From: Macrostomum lignano
Taxonomy: Eukaryota
DNA: 64,000 nucleotides
Reading direction: 5' to 3'
NCBI GenBank assembly: GCA_002269645.1
Contig: NIVC01000205.1
Coordinates: 1 to 64,000, forward strand
In this document: piece after piece, positions 1 to 12,604 of the stretch
Position numbering within the stretch: position 1 is the first letter of the stretch
Layout: the number at the start of each line of letters is the position of its first letter
The notes under the pieces: generated by a model
What the model was told of the DNA's origin: nothing
Seen by the model: the letters and a program-made list of their open reading frames with translations, nothing else
The model's database searches: none
Translations under genes and position numbers: made by a program

Positions 1-61
1 GGATCAGGTAAATCAGAGCAATTGTGGTGGAGGCCGATTGTTTAAAGCCACTTTTGTTTAC

Positions 62-366
62 CTTGATGCAGAGACACAGCGAAAATGGGAATGTGAGGAT
101 AATGAGCGCGTAGGACATCAGCAGCAGGACGACTCCGCAGAATCCCATGCCTTTAGTGTCTCTCTGCTGACCTGCAAAAGTTAAATGTTGTTTCTGCTTG
201 ATCAAACTGGAACTTTTTAGCTCGTTCCAAAAAACCTATACAAGTGCAGGCTGGCTACCGAGATGCTGGCCTATCTACCTGTACAGTGGTAGCCATTCTC
301 ACCTGGATCAGACAGAGGCCCCGTGGCTGGCGGAGCATCTCTCTGCTGCATAGCAGCAGAATGCAT
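62..366 (-). CDS. Stomatin / MEC-2 / band-7 (SPFH) family membrane protein, 5' coding exons (366-303 and 171-62); gene continues off the left edge
   Basis: Exon 171-62 (ttttgcag acceptor, AAG|gtaaac donor) reads QQRDTKGMGFCGVVLLLMSYALIILTFPFSLCLCIK, matching the stomatin/MEC-2 hairpin segment that ends at CIK before 'V/IIQEYERAVIFRLG'. Exon 366-303 (MHSAAMQQRDAPPATGPLSDP, G|gtgaga) is phase compatible. Family-level call only. Confidence 0.8.
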
Positions 367-1067
367 TGCAACAAATACAGCCGATCAATTGAATCAGTCA
401 ATGCTTAGATGCAATATCTATGCCACATGGGGCCTATAGTAGATTATATATTTGTATAGGTATATATACAAGTGCAGTCAGCTTTCAGAGTTGCACATCC
501 AGTGAGAAGGGGACAGAGGGGGGGCAGGACTAGACAGCAGAATGGCTGGGAGGGTTTGAGATGAGGAATATCAAATCAGAAATGGGCAGGCGGACGGGGC
601 AGGTGTTGCAGCCGGCACTGAGGAGGCTGGGCTTACACGAGACGAGAAATAAGAATTAGCTGCTCCTGCTCACGCGCGGAGGCTGCCGGAGAGGAAGAAA
701 AAGAGAGAGAGACAGAGAGAGAGAAAGCTGAGCAAAGAAATTTGATGCCGAAGAGAGCGATCGGTGAGCAGAGCAGAGCAGAGCAGGATGAGGGCAGACG
801 AAGTGCTGCGGTGGCTTCAGTGACTGCATTCGAGAACGGCTCCACACCCTGTTCTCGCGGCATCAATGGCATCCTTGTCTGCGCCTAAGACCCTTTCCAA
901 CCGCCAACCCCTCTCCAGATTTCATTCTCTTCGCCCCGGATTACGGTGCTATGCTCGATCCGCTGCGTTCCCCTTCACCCGTTCCCTCTGAGAGCCGCCC
1001 CGAAAAAATGCATTTTCCCTCGCAACTCATATCGGGTTCGTTGGAGGCCGGTTTCTGCTGTGAAATT

Positions 1068-3072
1068 CGGGAGTTCATCTGGCGCTCATTGGGTAGTTCG
1101 TCTTTAGATCATTGGGGGAGTTCGTCTTTAGATCATTGGGTAGTTCATCTTTAGATCATTGGGTAGTTCATCTTTAGATCATTGGGTAGTTCATCTTTAG
1201 ATCATTCGGTAGTTCATCTTTAGATCATTGGGTAGTTCATCTTTAGATCATTGGGTAGTTCGTCTTTAGATCATTCGGTAGTTCATCTTTAGATCATTGG
1301 GTAGTTCATCTTTAGATCATTGGGTAGTTCATCTTTAGATCATTGGGTAGTTCATCTTTAGATCATTGGGGAGTTCGTCTTTAGATCATTGGGGAGTTCA
1401 TCTTTAGATCATTGGGGAGTTCATCTTTAGCTCATTGGGTAGTTCATCTTTAGATCATTCGGTAGTTCATCTTTGGATCATTGGGTAGTTCATCTTTAGA
1501 TCATTGGGTAGTTCATCTTTAGATCATTGGGTAGTTCGTCTTTAGATCATTGGGTAGTTCATCTTTAGATCATTGGGGAGTTCGTCTTTAGATCATTGGG
1601 GAGTTCATCTTTGGATCATTGGGTAGTTCATCTTTAGATCATTGGGTAGTTCATCTTTAGATCATTGGGGAGTTCATCTTTAGATCATTGGGTAGTTCAT
1701 CTTTGGATCATTGGGGAGTTAATCTTTAGATCATTGGGGAGTTCATCTTTAGATCATTGGGGAGTTCATCTTTAGACCATTGGGTAGTTCATCTTTAGAT
1801 CATTGGGTAGTTCGTCTTTAGATCATTGGGTAGCTCATCTTAGATTATTGGGTAGCTCATCTTAGATCATTGGGTAGCTCATCTTAGATCATTCGGTAGT
1901 TCATCTTTAGATCATTGGGTAGTTCGTCTTTAGATCATTGGGTAGTTCGTCTTTAGATCATTGGGTAGTTCGTCTTTAGATCATTGGGGAGTTCATCTTT
2001 AGATCATTGGGTAGTTCATCTTTAGATCATTGGGTAGTTCATCTTTGGATCATTGGGGAGTTAATCTTTAGATCATTGGGGAGTTCATCTTTAGATCATT
2101 GGGTAGTTCGTCTTTAGACCATTGGGTAGTTCATCTTTAGATCATTGGGGAGTTCATCTTTAGATCATTGGGTAGTTCATCTTTGGATCATTGGGGAGTT
2201 AATCTTTAGATCATTGGGGAGTTCATCTTTAGATCATTGGGTAGTTCGTCTTTAGACCATTGGGTAGTTCATCTTTAGATCATTGGGTAGTTCGTCTTTA
2301 GATCATTGGGTAGCTCATCTTAGATTATTGGGTAGCTCATCTTAGATCATTGGGTTAGTTAGTCTTTAAATAATTGGGGGTTCATTTTTAGATCAGATGG
2401 GAGTTCATCTTTAGATCATCGGGTAGTTCATCTTTAGATCATTGGGGAGTTCATCTTTAGATCATTGGGTAGTTCATCTTTAGATCACTGGGTAGTTCAT
2501 CTTTAGATCATTGGGTAGCTCATCTTTAGATCATTGGGTAGCTCATCTTAGATCATTGGGTAGTTCATCTTTAGATCATTGGGTAGTTCATCTTTAGATC
2601 ATTGGGGAGTTCATCTTTAGATCATTGGGGAGTTCATCTTTAGATCATTGGGGAGTTCATCTTTAGACCATTGGGTAGTTCGTCTTCAGACCATTGGGTA
2701 GTTCGTCTTTAGACCATTGGGTAGTTCGTCTTTAGATCAGTGGGTAGTTCGTCTTTAGATCATTGGGTAGTTCATCTTTAGATCATTGGGTAGTTCGTCT
2801 TTAGATCATTGGGTAGTTCATCTTTAGATCATTCGGTAGTTCATCTTTAGATCATTGGGTAGTTCATCTTCAGATCATTGGGGAGTTCATCTTTAGATCA
2901 TTGGGTAGTTCATCTTCAGATCATTCGGGAGTTAATCTTAGATCATTGGGTAGTTCGTCTTTAGCTCATTGGGTAGTTCATCTTTGGATCATTGGGTAGC
3001 TCATCTTAGATCATTGGGTAGCTCATCTTAGATCATTGGGTAGCTCATCTTAGATCATTGGGTAGCTCATCT
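1068..3072. repeat. Minisatellite, 23-bp unit TCATTGGG(T/G)AGTT(C)ATCTTTAGA, about 87 copies with internal block duplications
   Basis: Direct reading; variant blocks recur (about 1700-1880 and about 2180-2355). Confidence 0.95.
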
Positions 3073-3090
3073 GGCTGAAGTTCAAATTAC

Positions 3091-3136
3091 CGTTTGCTTT
3101 CTCACAGCTGCCTTGAGAATTGGCGTCCTCAAGCAT
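3091..3136 (-). CDS. Candidate alternative first coding exon of the stomatin gene (MLEDANSQGSCEKAN, phase 1)
   Basis: ATG at 3136; donors T|gtgaga (exon end 3106) and G|gtaatt (exon end 3091) are both phase 1, compatible with exon 171-62. No homology support. Confidence 0.25.
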
Positions 3137-4454
3137 TCTCAGTCAGCTAAGCTCAACCTAGTCGTGGATTCGTAACCATAGAGACATGGCTTTTTGAATT
3201 CGGAAAGAAGAAATGCCGGAAAAGGGGGAACACAGACTGGTGTGGGTATCAGATGGCCGCATTGCGTGGGTTCTAAGGGATTCTCCTTGCAGCCAAACTG
3301 ATACACACGGCATTGTAAGGAGATAATGATACACACAGTAGAAACGGATCCTCAGGTGAGCAACAAAGAAACACTGATTGCAGATTGATCGCAACAAATA
3401 CACGAATATGGAGGTAGCGCATCGCGCTTCTATTTACACTCCCTTGTATTGTTAAAAGCTTTCAAATCTTTTTTCAAGAACTGTCAAAGTTGTTACGATT
3501 GCAGGGTGAAGCAAACCTTGGCCTACAGGTGTGTAGCTAGTGTTGGTTTCAAAACCAGTCTAACAGGTGTATAAGAGTCAATCTACAAGAAATGAAACAT
3601 TGAATCTTTCATGTGTGGAACAACAGCCCTTCTGACACATAAAAACTCTATGGTAGACCTGATGTTATGCTCAAACGACAGCTAATTTCAGATTATATTA
3701 AAATTTGGAGAGAAAAAATTATACGACCTACTTTCCAGCACTAGCCTACTTTCAGTAGACTGTACGGCAAATCGTTGTCCATTTTTTCTGCAACTTATGT
3801 TTTCATGCTTTGAGTTAGAGTTTTCAGATCTCTAATTCTCGTGCGAGGAGAAGGCAGCTAGAGGGGGGAGAGAGAGAAGATGAAGAAGGGGAGACTGAGC
3901 AGTGAGCAGAGCCGGCAAACATTTCAAAATGACAGGCAAAGCGACGGAGCGCCAATTCGAGCATTGATTATGGAGACGCAGCGCGGAGAGACTTATTCTC
4001 AAAAATGTGCTCCGGCATGCAAGAAAGGGTTTGGAACAATGACAGAGGGCGAACAACAGTGTCTGAGGGTAATTTGCATTGCACGACAGGGTCCCCCCCA
4101 CTGCCTGCCTGCAGCCAGCCCGAGGGCCATAATTTCATTCTCCGACCCTGGCCATTTGATATTCCTGTCGCGCTGATTGCAAGCAGAATAGCTCTGCTTC
4201 TAGAGGAGCCGGCTTCTCCCTAGTCGAAGGAAAACCGTCTGTGAAGACAAAAACTCCACCTGAGACTTTGATGGGGCTGCGTGACGAACAGGCTGGGTCT
4301 GTGCGAGTCGCAAAACCGAAAAGTCTCTAATTATTTGCATCCGCAGGTGACTGGCTTGGGATGACACTCTGCCCAGCTTTCACACTGGCATATCGAACTG
4401 ATGAAGCTTGGAAACTGCGTCTGTTTCTTGCTGGCAGAAGACAACTCTTACGAG

Positions 4455-5524
4455 AAATAATCGATATCTATAAAGAATCGATAATTTTGTGGAATTCTTA
4501 GAATTAATATTCCAATCGAATTCTTAGAATCGATATTCTAATCGATTTATTCGAATCGATATTTTGATGGAATTCTTAGAATCGATATTCTAATTGAGTT
4601 CCTAGAATCGATATTCTAATCGAATTATTAGAATCGATATTCTAATCGAATTATTAGAATCGATATTCTAATCGAATTCTTAGAATCGATATTTTAATCG
4701 AAATCTTAGAATCGATATTCTAATCAAATTATTAGAATCGATACTCTAATCAAATTGCTAGAATCGATATTCTAATCGAATTCCTGGAATCGATATCCTA
4801 ATCAAATTCCTAGAATCGATATTCTAATCGAATTCTTAGAATCGATATTCTAATCGAATTATTAGAATCGATATTCTAGTCGAATTCTTAGAATCGATAT
4901 TCTAATCGAATTATTAGAATCGATATTCTAATCGAATTCTTAGAATCGATATTCTAGTCGAATTATTAGAATCGATATTCTAATCGAATTATTAGAATCG
5001 ATATTCTAATCGAATTCTTAGAATCGAAATTCTAATCAAATTATTAGAATCGATACTCTAATCAAATTGCTAGAATCGATATCCTAATCAAATTCCTAGA
5101 ATCGATATTCTAATCGAATTATTAGAATCGATATTTTAATCGAATTCTTAGAATCGAAATTCTAATCAAATTATTAGAATCGAAATTCTAATCAAATTAT
5201 TAGAATCGATACTCTAATCAAATTGCTAGAATCGATATTCTAATCGAATTCCTGGAATTGATATCCTAATCAAATTCCTAGAATCGATATTCTAATCGAA
5301 TTATTAGAATCGATATTTTAATCGAATTCTTAGAATCGATATTTTAATCGAAATCTTAAAATCGATATTCTAATCGAATTCTTAGAATCGATATTCTAAT
5401 CGAATTCTTAGAATCGATATTCTAATCGAATTCTTAGAATCGATATTATAATCGAATTATTAGATTCGATACTCTAATCGAATTCCTAGAATCGATATTC
5501 TAATCGAATTCCCTGAATTCCCAG
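4455..5524. repeat. Minisatellite, 26-bp unit TAGAATCGATATTCTAATCGAATT(C/A)T, about 41 copies, internally palindromic
   Basis: Direct reading; TAGAAT-CGAT-ATTCTA is a stem-loop in every unit. Confidence 0.95.
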
Positions 5525-5899
5525 AAAGGCACAAATCAAATTACTCGTACTGTCATCAAGCTTGAGCTAACGAAAACAACTTAAAACCCTGTAAGCCATA
5601 AAAAAGCTACCTTTGGTTAGTAATAAAAAGTGACACTAAGCTAGCAGTGCAAATTGAATAATTGATGTCTCTGTACGATTCCTCTTTGAAAGTGGGACAA
5701 ACAACAGTAAACTAATGAAGTGAACAGCAAACGAAAGCTTTTTGTCGGACGCAGATTACAGTTTGGGTTGGAAAGAACTCATCCAGAAAAACCATAAACC
5801 ACCCAGAAACCAGCTACCGGCCTCAGCAATTATTGTTAATAAATCACGCAAAACACAAGAACTCAAGAAATCTCCGAGGCTTTCCTTGCGTCAACTCAC

Positions 5900-6143
5900 T
5901 GCCCATTATGACGGGCTCTCGAACTCCGTCGCGCCTTCGGATGCTGCCAACCCTCATGGGCCCCATCACCGACACGGGGTGGTGGTGGTGTGCGAACTTT
6001 TTCTCCTTAGCCAACTCCGAGGTCAAACCCGAGGACGCGCCCCCAATCTTGGTGGTGGGGCTCGAAGACGGCGCTGGCTGACTGCTCGTCGAGTCTTTGT
6101 CCTGCAGACGGCGGATTCTGGTGAACGGTCGGCTGGTGTACAT
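5900..6143 (-). CDS. Candidate alternative first coding exon of the stomatin gene (MYTSRPFTRIRRLQDKD...HHHHPVSVMGPMRVGSIRRRDGVREPVIMG, phase 1)
   Basis: Part of ORF 5844-6206; ATG at 6143; strong donor A|gtgagt in phase 1; CCAAT (ATTGG 6340-6344) upstream. Confidence 0.4.
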
Positions 6144-6435
6144 TTCCGTGGATGCCAATTTTTCTGGTTGAAGAATTCCTTTTCTGCTTGCTGAGTACCT
6201 GGTCAAGCTGGGGCCTGCTTGCTCAGGACTAATACTGTTGATTTTTACACTTTACTCTCTTCTCAGCCGGGAGCATAAAACAGTTGCAGCCTGTCCTGCC
6301 ATTAACGGAAAGGCAGAAGTCTAGAGGGATTTCGCTGCCATTGGCTGGCTGAGCAATTCCTTCCTATGCAGGTGCCACCTTGTTCTGCCCTCGGCCACAC
6401 CTTGCCTCTGATTCCGTTTCATGAGATGCTCAGGC

Positions 6436-6566
6436 TACGTGTCTCATGGCACTCATCTACACACCTCATAGCAGTCATCTACACACCTCATGGCACTCAT
6501 CTACACACCTCATGGCACTCATCTACACACCTCATGGCACTCATCTACACACCTCATAGCGCCCAG
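6436..6566. repeat. Short minisatellite, 22-bp unit CTCATGGCACTCATCTACACAC, about 6 copies
   Basis: Direct reading. Confidence 0.9.
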
Positions 6567-6954
6567 TAGTGAATCAAGTCTACCAAAATGGGGGCTGGAC
6601 TCAGGGGCTGAAGCCCCGGATTTTACTCACTAATCTGCTTTGCAGCAGCAGTCGCAGAACTAAACATTATTTTATTATTGGGAGTTAAGGAATAATCTCC
6701 AGGCCTTAATCCCCATGATTCGATCAAACTGTCGTCACAGATCCTTAACCACACAATGCGAGTAGGAAATTAGTGGTGGGACAGGAAAAAGCTAAAGGTT
6801 GTAGTACTGGAATGCATAAGATCGCTAGGGTTTTTTGAGTCGGTGGAGGGGTCTAGGATTGGAGCAATATTAAGAGCTGAATTGCAGACAACAAGTAGTT
6901 GCCGCGTGCTAGGTGTGAATTAGCTGGATCATCATCAAAACGATAGGATTCCAT

Positions 6955-7706
6955 TGAGCATTTATTGAGCCTTAATGGACTCACTCTATGAGCCCTAATG
7001 AACTCACTCTATGAGCCCCAATGGACTCACTCTATGAGCTCCAATGAACTCACTCTTTGAGCCCCAATGGACTCACTCTATGAGCTCCAATGAACTCACT
7101 CTATGAGCTCCAATGAACTCACTCTTTGAGCCCCAATAGAGTCACTCTATGAGCCCCAATGAACTCACTCTATGAGCTCCAATGAACTCACTCTTTGAGC
7201 CCCAATAGAGTCACTCTATGAGCCCCAATGAACTCACTCTATGAGCTCCAATGAACTCACTCTATGAGCTCCAATGAACTCACTCTGTGAGCTCCAATGA
7301 ACTCACTCTATGAGCCCTAATGAACTCACTCTATGAGCCCTAATAAACTCACTCTATAAGCTCCAATGGACTCACTCTATAAGCTTGAATGGACTCACTC
7401 TATGAGCTCCAATGGACTCACTCTATGAGCTCCAATGAACTCACTCTATGAGCCCCAATGGACTCACTCTATGAGCCCCAATAGAGTCACTCTATGAGCT
7501 CCAATGGACTCACTCTATGAGCCCTAATAAACTCACTCTATAAGCTCCAATGGACTCACTCTATGAGCCCCGATGAACTCACTCGATGAGCCCCAATGAA
7601 CTCAATACAGTCACTCTATGAGCCCCAATGAACTCACTCTATGAGCCCCAATGAACTCACTCTATGAGCCCCAATGAACTCAATAGAGTCACTCTATGAG
7701 CCCCAA
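6955..7706. repeat. Minisatellite, 23-bp unit GAGCCCCAATGAACTCACTCTAT, about 33 copies
   Basis: Direct reading. Confidence 0.95.
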
Positions 7707-8328
7707 AGGTATAGGGCTCGGAAATTCGGCAGAACAAGTAAGCCTAAAAGAGGCAAAGTTAAGTAAAGACAGGCAAGTCAGACAATAGAAGCACGAAAGC
7801 AAGCACAACAATGGAGGCCCCAGTGAATGCAGCAACGAATAACAAGACTACAGCAGCCCCCCATCCATTCGAGACTAAAAACAAAGGCGAGTTGAGCGAG
7901 GCGGATCAACAGGCGGGAGCAGCCAGGCGGAGAAGAATAATGAGCGCGTGGCCCGAGACCGCCAACGGGTGGGGCATCGAGCCGCACCAAAACACCTGAC
8001 GGCAGTAAAAAACTCAAAGACTGACCTCCCGTAATTGCTCAAAATCATCTCAGGAGTTCGAGCCGTCAAACTGCTGAGATCTCAAGGCTCACGGGGGAAT
8101 TGTTGAGGAGGCCAAGGCTTATGGGGCGAATCGCTGAGATGTCAGTGGGCCATTGTTGGAACTTGTTGGTAGGCCAAGCCCAAGGGTTAAGCCATGGCTT
8201 AGGCGGAGGCGTTGATGCCGAAGCTCACAGGGGATGCTGATATCTTTGGCATATTTAGCTACTTGTCGACTTGATATCTTTCTGGTCTGGTGCTTCTCTG
8301 CTTTAAACATCAGTTTCCTCAGGATACT

Positions 8329-8790
8329 AGCGCCAGATGGACTCCCCAATGAGCGCCAGATGAACTCCCCAATGAGCGCCAGATGGACTCCCCAATGAGC
8401 GCCAGATGGACTCCCCAATGAGCGCCAGATGGACTCCCCAATGAGCGCCAGATGGACTCCCCAATCAGCGCCAGATGGATTCCCAAAGGAGCGCCAGATG
8501 GACTCCCTAATGAGCGCCAGATGGACTCCCCAATGAGCGCCAGATGGACTCCCCAATCAGCGCCAGATGGATTCCCCAATGAGCGCCAGATGAACTCCCC
8601 AATGAGCGCCAGATGGACTCCCCAATGAGCGCCAGATGGACTCCCCAATGAGCGCCAGATGGACTCCCCAATGAGCGCCAGATGGACTCCCCAATGAGCG
8701 CCAGATGGACTCCCCAATGAGCGCCAGATGGACTCCCCAATGAGCACCAGATGGACTCCCCAATGAGCGCCAGATGGACTCCCCAATGAG
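8329..8790. repeat. Minisatellite, 23-bp unit GAGCGCCAGATGGACTCCCCAAT, about 20 copies; reverse-complement relative of the 1068-3072 array
   Basis: Its reverse complement (GGGAGTTCATCTGGCGCTCATTGGG) equals the first unit of the 1068 array. Confidence 0.95.
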
Positions 8791-9222
8791 TGAAGTGTGA
8801 TATTTGAAACACGGATGCTCAATATCTGAATGAATTAAATAAGTTCACTTTTAAATATTTTTCTACTTGTCTGCTACTGTTAGTAGGCACTAATGTACAT
8901 GGACGGAGTTTTCTAACAAACAGATTAGAAAGGAATAAAGCAGCGCTTTCAAAATTCCTTTTTCATTTTAAATCACCGATTTTAACGACAATTTAATCGA
9001 CAGTAAAGTGGAGTTAGCTTGATCTTATGATAAATAATTTATAACAGTACAAAGTTAATTACCTTGCGGCATGTCCACTTTGACTTACAGTGGCACTAGA
9101 ACTGTAACAGTTAAGTGGCTTTAAATTAATGGCTAATTAAAAACAAGGATCTCAAATCCTAAGACAGGGAAGGGAGGCTGAGCACTGAACCACTGATCAG
9201 CAGGATTCTCCCGCCAGCTTAC

Positions 9223-9304
9223 GTTCTGCTTGTCCGCCTCGCTCAGGCTGTGCCCCAACCAGTTTCAAATACCTTTCCTTCATCATCTCCAGCTGGCCTC
9301 CCAT
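9223..9304 (-). CDS. Candidate alternative first coding exon of the stomatin gene (MGGQLEMMKERYLKLVGAQPERGGQAE, phase 1)
   Basis: ATG at 9304, donor C|gtaagc in phase 1. No homology support. Confidence 0.3.
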
Positions 9305-9487
9305 CCTCGCAGCCTCTTCCTCGGTATGGGAGAATTGATTCCTCGGATTGGTTCTCAGCCAGGGGTACAGAGAGATCGCAAGCGGAGAGTCTGGAGTGAA
9401 AAGCTCCGTACCAGGAGGTCAGTAAACGTTTTTTTTTACCTCAGGATTAGCTAGATAAATAATCCAGCTGCGGGCTGCCGGCCAGGT

Positions 9488-9925
9488 GGGAAAGGAGAGG
9501 AGAGAGAATGAGACGATAGACGGGATGAGAAATGAAAGGAAAGAGGAGAGAGGAGAGGAGATGAAGAGAGAGAGAAGAGAGAAGAGGTGAGAGGGGAGAG
9601 AAGAGGTGAGGGGGAGAGAGGAGAGAGAAAAGATGAGAGGGGAGAGAAGAGGTGAGAGGGAAGAGAAGAGGTGAGAGGGAAGAGAAGAGGTGAGAGGGGA
9701 GAGAAGAGGTGAGGGGGAGAGAGGAGAGAGAGAAGAGAGAAGAGGGGAGAGGGGAGAGACGAGAGAGAAGATGGAGATAGAAGAGGGAAGAGGGAGAGGG
9801 GAGAGAGGAGAGAAAAGATGAGAGATGAGAGAGGAGAGAGAAGATGGAGAGAGGAGAGAGAAGAGGGGAGATAGGAGAGAGAAGAGATGAGATAGGAAGG
9901 CAGCGAGCTGAGAAGAGACACAAAC
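9488..9925. repeat. GA-rich polypurine low-complexity tract
   Basis: Direct reading; overlapping Ser/Leu/Pro ORFs are artefacts. Confidence 0.9.
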
Positions 9926-10486
9926 ATGAGCGGGCCGGATTGCTATTGCGAAGTTTCAAAGAACCCGAGGGCCGGATAGAGAGGCTTCGCTCATGGGATT
10001 TACACCCATTTTCAGAGAAGTAAATTCAATTTGCTTGTCGCTCTTTTGTGTAAAAAAACAACTTGATTTCTGCATAAGAAAAGATAAAAATTGGATTGTA
10101 AACCAGTTCCCAGAAGGGGATGGTCCTTTGCGGCATCGGATTATTCCAGAATCCTCGCTCGAATAGGGTTCTCCTTGGCTGAGGGAGGAACAGTGGCGGA
10201 TTCGAGACAGGATTCGGGAGGTCCCAGGCCTCTGCAAGGGTTGTCAGCCCCCGGACTATCAGCCACACATCTGCCTTCCCTCACTCATTTCTCAGCCTCA
10301 TCCGTGACTCATCGACAGGGAAAGAAAAGTAAGCAAAAGTAATGGGATTCGCGAAGCGGCCAAGTGTTACACAGATCCCCGCTACGTATTGATATAATAA
10401 GGCAGCTGGGCCGCATCATTGGGAAATCGATATTGGAAAATTGGGGTTCGGGCCAACGCCTTTTTGTGTTGCTGATGAAATGACAC

Positions 10487-10488
10487 TG

Positions 10489-10550
<62 letters not shown>
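10487..10550. repeat. (CTG/CAG) trinucleotide microsatellite, about 20 units
   Basis: Direct reading. Confidence 0.95.
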
Positions 10551-10553
<3 letters not shown>

Positions 10554-10599
10554 TGTTGCCAAAATCCAATCGAAATTCACGGTGACAGTCACCGATATC

Positions 10600-11750
10600 A
10601 GAGTCAGATTCACTGAAGTCGAAATGACATTTACTGAAGTCGGAGTCTGATCTGCTAATCACGGAGTGAGATTCACTGAACTCCGAGTTAACTTCACTGA
10701 AATCAAAGCGAGTTTCACTGAAATCAAAGCGAGATTCACTGAACTCCGAGTTAACTTCACTGAAATCAAAGCGAGATTCACTGAACTCCGAGTTAACTTC
10801 ACTGAAATCAAAGCGAGATTCACTGAAATCAAAGCGAGATTCACTGAACTCCGAGTTAACTTCACTGAAATCAAAGCGAGATTCACTGAACTCCGAGTTA
10901 ACTTCACCGAAATCAAAGCGAGATTCACTGAAATCAAAGCGAGATTCACTGAAATCAAAGCGAGATTCACTGAAATCAAAGCGAGATTCACTGAAATCAA
11001 AGCGAGATTCACTGAACTCCGAGTTAACTTCACTGAAATCAAAGCGAGATTCACTGAACTCTGAGTTAACTTCACTGAAATCAAAGCGAGATTCACTGAA
11101 CTCTGAGTTAACTTCACCGAAATCAAAGCGAGATTCACTGAACTCCGAGTTAACTTCACCGAAATCAAAGCGAGATTCACTGAAATCAAAGCGAGATTCA
11201 CTGAACTCCGAGTTAACTTCACTGAAATCAAAGCGAGATTCACTGAACTCTGAGTTAACTTCACTGAAATCAAAGCGAGATTCACTGAACTCTGAGTTAA
11301 CTTCACCGAAATCAAAGCGAGATTCACTGAACTCCGAGTTAACTTCACCGAAATCAAAGCGAGATTCACTGAAATCAAAGCGAGATTCACTGAAATCAAA
11401 GCGAGATTCACTGAAATCAAAGCGAGATTCACTGAAATCAAAGCGAGATTCACTGAAATCAAAGCGAGATTCACTGAACTCCGAGTTAACTTCACTGAAA
11501 TCAAAGCGAGATTCACTGAAATCAAAGCGAGATTCACTGAACTCCGAGTTAACTTCACCGAAATCAAAGCGAGATTTTCTGAAATCGAAGAGAGATTCAC
11601 TGAACTCTGAGTTAGCTTCACTGAAATCAGAGCGGGATTCACTGAAATCGATGTAAGATTCACTGAAATCCGACTTAGCTTCATTGAAATCGGGGTATGA
11701 TTCACAAAACTGTAAGTGCAGATATGCTGAAATCGAAGCAAGATTCAAAG
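10600..11750. repeat. Composite 21-bp minisatellite of two unit types (TTCACTGAAATCAAAGCGAGA / TTCACTGAACTCCGAGTTAAC), about 50 units with degenerate edges
   Basis: Direct reading; spanned by a 481-codon minus-strand ORF (10309-11754) of uncertain reality. Confidence 0.9.
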
Positions 11751-12604
11751 CCAACTCAAAGCCATATCGAGAGCTAAAACTAGCAACGAGTAGAAAATGT
11801 TTTCTTTGCTACTTTTCATCAAGCAGTACTCTAAGTAGCGGAATAGAGCATAGCTGACAAGTTTTTCAATAAAATAAAATAATTTCTCGTTTATGCTCGT
11901 GTAGTTGAGAAAAAACTTAGAAAAGACTACAATTATAAAGGAAGTACCCAAAGACTCAAAGAGATGTCTTAAGTTCCCCGTAGCGAAATGACTGCGAGAT
12001 GCAAGCTCAAATGTCTACCAAAACTTTTACTTGAGTGGATAATCCGCGACACTGCATCGGCATCGTATGGATTAAGCAGAGAAAAAACACACTGTTTTCA
12101 TTTCATTAATTCCGTTCACGCCCTTCCCCTCATCCTAAAAAGAGGCACTTCAGACTCTCATCTTCTCCATCATTCTCCTGGCTCATAGTAGAAGCCTCTC
12201 TCGTGCAACAACTGCGCCGCTGCGAAGCCAGACTGAGGCAGGCAGTTCCAAGATGGGGAATTCCGATAAAACAAAAAATTCCAACTCTTCTTACTGTCGC
12301 TCTCTCTCTCTCTCTTTCTCTCTCGAAAAGTAAACAAACCACTTCGATTAAACGGTATAATATTAATTTGTAATCAGCTGGACCATTTGCTTTAAAGTTG
12401 GCGTGAATAATTTAGAAAACATGCACCAATACGTTTATAAGAGCATTCGTACGCTCGTACGAGCTATAAAATACAAGCCTAATTTTTTTAATTAATAACT
12501 TATTTTATCGATATTAATTATCGTTTTTATGTTCGAGCCCGTAATCTAATCAATGAGCTAGGAGTACATGCTTTCAGTCTTTAATAGTGACGCCCTTTTA
12601 GCTT

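Noticed and set aside
1068-8790. CRISPR-like arrays (23-26-bp repeats)
   Set aside because: Units are head-to-tail with no unique spacers, there are no cas genes, and the context is eukaryotic.
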